NCBI RefSeq assembly: GCF_964355755.1
Contig: NC_092674.1
Coordinates: 5,394,001-5,458,000 of the forward strand
Direction of reading: 5' to 3'
Length of the DNA stretch: 64,000 nucleotides
DNA from: Antedon mediterranea
Lineage: Eukaryota > Animalia > Echinodermata
Shown here: piece by piece, positions 61,101-64,000 of the stretch
How positions within the stretch are numbered: position 1 is the first letter of the stretch
Layout: each line of letters begins with the position of its first letter
Translations under genes and position numbers: made by a program
Notes under the pieces: model-generated
Told to the model about the DNA's origin: nothing
Seen by the model: only the letters and a program-made list of their open reading frames with translations
Database searches by the model: none

Positions 61101-63953
61101 TTAAGTTTAGCTGCAATGTGCGACTAACGAGGTTCTGAACAGTGAAGGAAGATCACAGTACAGCTGGTATGGGTGAATACCAACTTTCCAACATCAGCTT
61201 TAAGGTCAGTTCATAATTATTTTTTTTATCGGCGGTAGAAGTAATAGTGAAATAAATCAACAATTACTCGCTTTTATTACTTCTTAAAAGAATTATTATT
61301 TTGTTTATATCCGTGTTTATACCTTCGGATGTCCATGACCATTAGAGATGAAAGTTTCTCCAACTTGGTTCACTTTGATGTAACTTATCGTGTAGGTTGT
61401 CACCCATTGGACTACACTACCTCCTCTTCCCTGTGTTTGGATACCAGTTATGTTGTGCTCAACCATCAAATGTATTTGAATCCAACTGTTGATATCTAAA
61501 TGATCTGCAGCCCAACAAGGCACGCAGGAAGCTGAATCTACTGAATTCAATCTACCACAGTTTGGAGCGTGATAAGCAACATTCGAATCCATAGAACTGG
61601 CACTTAATTGACCATAAAAAATATCACCAGACTCCATTCCAAGTGGCTCAAGGCATTCTAAGGACCAAAAGCAAAGCAATACAGTTATGATCTGATAAGA
61701 TTGGATCAGACAACCACCATGCTACTCACATTGTTTTATATTTACTTTAAGAACCCACTCAACATTTTCACGAACGCAATGATCTTACCTGCTGACGGAC
61801 ACTGGTCAGCTAGATATCCAGTTGCAGAACATAAACAAAGATGGCGTCTCGCAGTACCAGGAACATCGATACAAATGTTTCCAGACCCACAGTCAACAAA
61901 TGCGCATGTGCTTTCCGCTTTCTACGAAAACATATTATTATTCATTAGTAAATTCAATCAGGAAAGCAGTACGGTAATATTCGCATTCAAACGGTGTTAA
62001 GTTAAGTTAAAGTTTTTAGCGTATATGACGTCAAATGGAAACTGCATATATAAAATAAACACGTGTTGGAACAGGATTTAGTCGTACAAATTCATATCAC
62101 TTCACTACCAAATTGGAATGTGAACGTGTCATCAATCCCGATTGAGAATTATTCGCATCTTATTTGGTTTCATGGATCGCCCGGATGTAGCCTATATCTT
62201 GCTCTCCCACCTTCACTTCTCGGCCCATTTTATGTTAATATTCGTATTTGTATTAACCATTTGTGTTCTATATTGTACTTCATGCTTAACTAAGTCATAT
62301 CACGTCACTACAAATTTTGAATGAGAACGTGTCATCAATCAGGTAGTAGGACCCTGATTTAAAATATTGGCCTGTAAACGTTAACGTCAAGAATTTTCTT
62401 TGGTCACTTACATAATCACTGACTTTAACTTACCGTGTTCACAGGACTCATTTCGATATATCTTTCTCCTGCGATCTCGGCAAAATTACTCTCGTCTTCC
62501 GTACGAGTAGCGTCATTTAATTTACATGTATTTTGGTTGTAGTTGACTGATTTACAGTGCTGGTTCTTGATACAGTTGGTGACACAGGAAGCCAAAGTAC
62601 AGTCAGTGATAGTGGCGATGTCATTGTTTTGCAGCTCATGGTTCTCTACGATCACTGTGGACTTGTATGCATTATCGAGATCTGGAATTAAAATAGCTAG
62701 ATTGGTACGAATTACATACAACTGAAAAAAGGGGCGATTGCAGATTCTGGCATCTTATGAAGGCCTAGTAATTTACCAATTAAAGTATATTGAAACGGGG
62801 AATAGTCTTTGAAATTTACATCCCGGTGGTCAAATTCATAGTAACTATTTACACTACACCTACACTTACCGTTAATTTCGAAAACCGCATCAAACGTAAA
62901 ACGTCTGGTTAGGTGATGTGTGAACGTAATCTGGGTCCCGATATCATAGACAGATGGCTGTGCCGTATATTTATAAATCGACCCTACATTGGAATAATCA
63001 TTTTGGTGGTAGAGGCGCGCAGTTGTTGTATACGTAAAGCCAATTTTATCTCCAGGTAAAACATCAATTCTATCAGAATGTACAAGTAGAAATTCGACGA
63101 GAACGTCAGGCTCTCCTTCCGGAAGTAAAGTTTTCCCGATGATTTCATACACGTTGTTGTCTGCGTCTACCGCTCTGTAAACTAAACCAATAATATCTGT
63201 TGTTACTTTTGCCATATACCTCCATCCTGTGATTGTACCGGGACACTTTATCTTGTTCCAATCGTCTATCCAAATGTTACTGACTGTTGTTGTTTCCGTA
63301 GTTATCTTCATGAATGGCCACTTGATAATGTTACATGGTAAATATGAATCTGAAAAAAAATCAAATCTTGTGAACCTGTCGTTATCGATTTTCGATACAG
63401 ATATTGTAGAAACATTTGTCAAAACTCATTTTGCTACACAAAAATATTCAAAATAATATATATATACAAAGAAATTCAGTACCCTTTAAAACAGCTTGAA
63501 TTGAATATGTTCTCATACTGGAACCGTCGTTGATCGTGTGAACAGTGTGGACTAACAAATCATTCTGACTGATCCCGTGGCGATATATAACCGTTTTACC
63601 TCCATCATCATACGGCAGAAGACTTGTTTCAAATTTAAATCCAATAACATCACCACTTTTTACTGAGATCCAATCTGGTTCTGGTAACGTAAACTCTCGT
63701 GCTGTATTCAATACTTGTTGTTTCGTTATTACGGTTCGTCCAACCACAACGTACTGACTGCTACCAGCTCTGTGTGGACGCATCACCAATGCTAAGAATT
63801 CTGCAGACGCAGTTGGATAGAATCTCCAAGCTGTTACATATCCATCACATGTTATTGGATTCCCAATATTCAACATCGTCCATCCAGGGGAGTCCGATAA
63901 AGATCTAGATGTTAGAGCTCCTCCATCTACCTTATGGCAACTACTGCCATAGG
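58107..63953 (-). CDS. multidomain, probably extracellular protein (2 unnamed ~155-aa repeats, PAN/apple, EGF-like, F5/8 type C, unnamed C-terminal domain); 5' end outside window
   Basis: Phase-consistent minus-strand exons 63953-63483, 63349-62870, 62681-62434 (CVTNC..CKSVNY..CKLN, PAN), 61921-61789 (six-Cys EGF-like), 61657-61323 + 60718-60577 (CLEPLGMESG..GIQTQGR..WVTTY..LRAEVLGC, discoidin), 59761-59586, 59413-59241, 58832-58675, 58150-58107 (stop). Confidence 0.85.
59058..59217. repeat. local duplication (~100-bp period)
   Basis: CGATTTTATTGAAGG.CTAATCATAGAGAATGCGCATGTCTGAGATTAAACTGA occurs twice. Confidence 0.8.
60841..61118. repeat. 42-bp minisatellite, ~6.6 copies
   Basis: ATGATAATTTAAGTTTKGCTKCAATGTAAACATGTGGAACAC. 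Confidence 0.95.
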
Positions 63954-64000
63954 CTAAAAATAAAGCAAGAACTCAGAAAATCAATCATGAAAGCATTACC

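Noticed and set aside
60823-61116. 97-aa repetitive ORF
   Set aside because: Translation of a 42-bp intronic minisatellite lying between the two discoidin exons

Overview
AT-rich, intron-rich eukaryotic DNA from an invertebrate animal. The animal assignment is an inference from the nicotinamidase and a T-box-less MGA; a deuterostome such as an echinoderm is plausible. Four host genes can be traced exon by exon with consistent GT-AG phases. (1) The 3' part of a GRAF/ARHGAP26-family BAR-PH-RhoGAP-SH3 gene (+, 953-32573), whose RhoGAP-SH3 linker holds about 10 short exons, mostly frame-preserving, among many UGCAUG/ACUAAY motifs. (2) An MGA-like gene with a Cys-rich conserved domain and a C-terminal bHLH-ZIP but no T-box (+, 40287-49019). 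(3) An EF-hand nicotinamidase (+, 50931-56394). (4) A 5'-truncated multidomain, probably extracellular gene (-, 58107-63953) with two unnamed repeats, PAN, EGF, F5/8C and an unnamed C-terminal domain. An intact, very recent Mag-like Ty3/Gypsy element (25590-30509; identical 179-bp LTRs ending TG..TA, each with a CTCF-like motif) sits inside a MITE in a GRAF intron. Many MITEs (Harbinger-, Kolobok-, Tc1/pogo- and hAT-like), two tRNA-derived SINEs and several minisatellites are present. The most unusual signal is a set of six or seven tiny CATRG..YATG hairpins, each flanked by an exact 7-bp direct repeat (one is exactly 17+1+17 bp), which resemble P-element-superfamily excision footprints.
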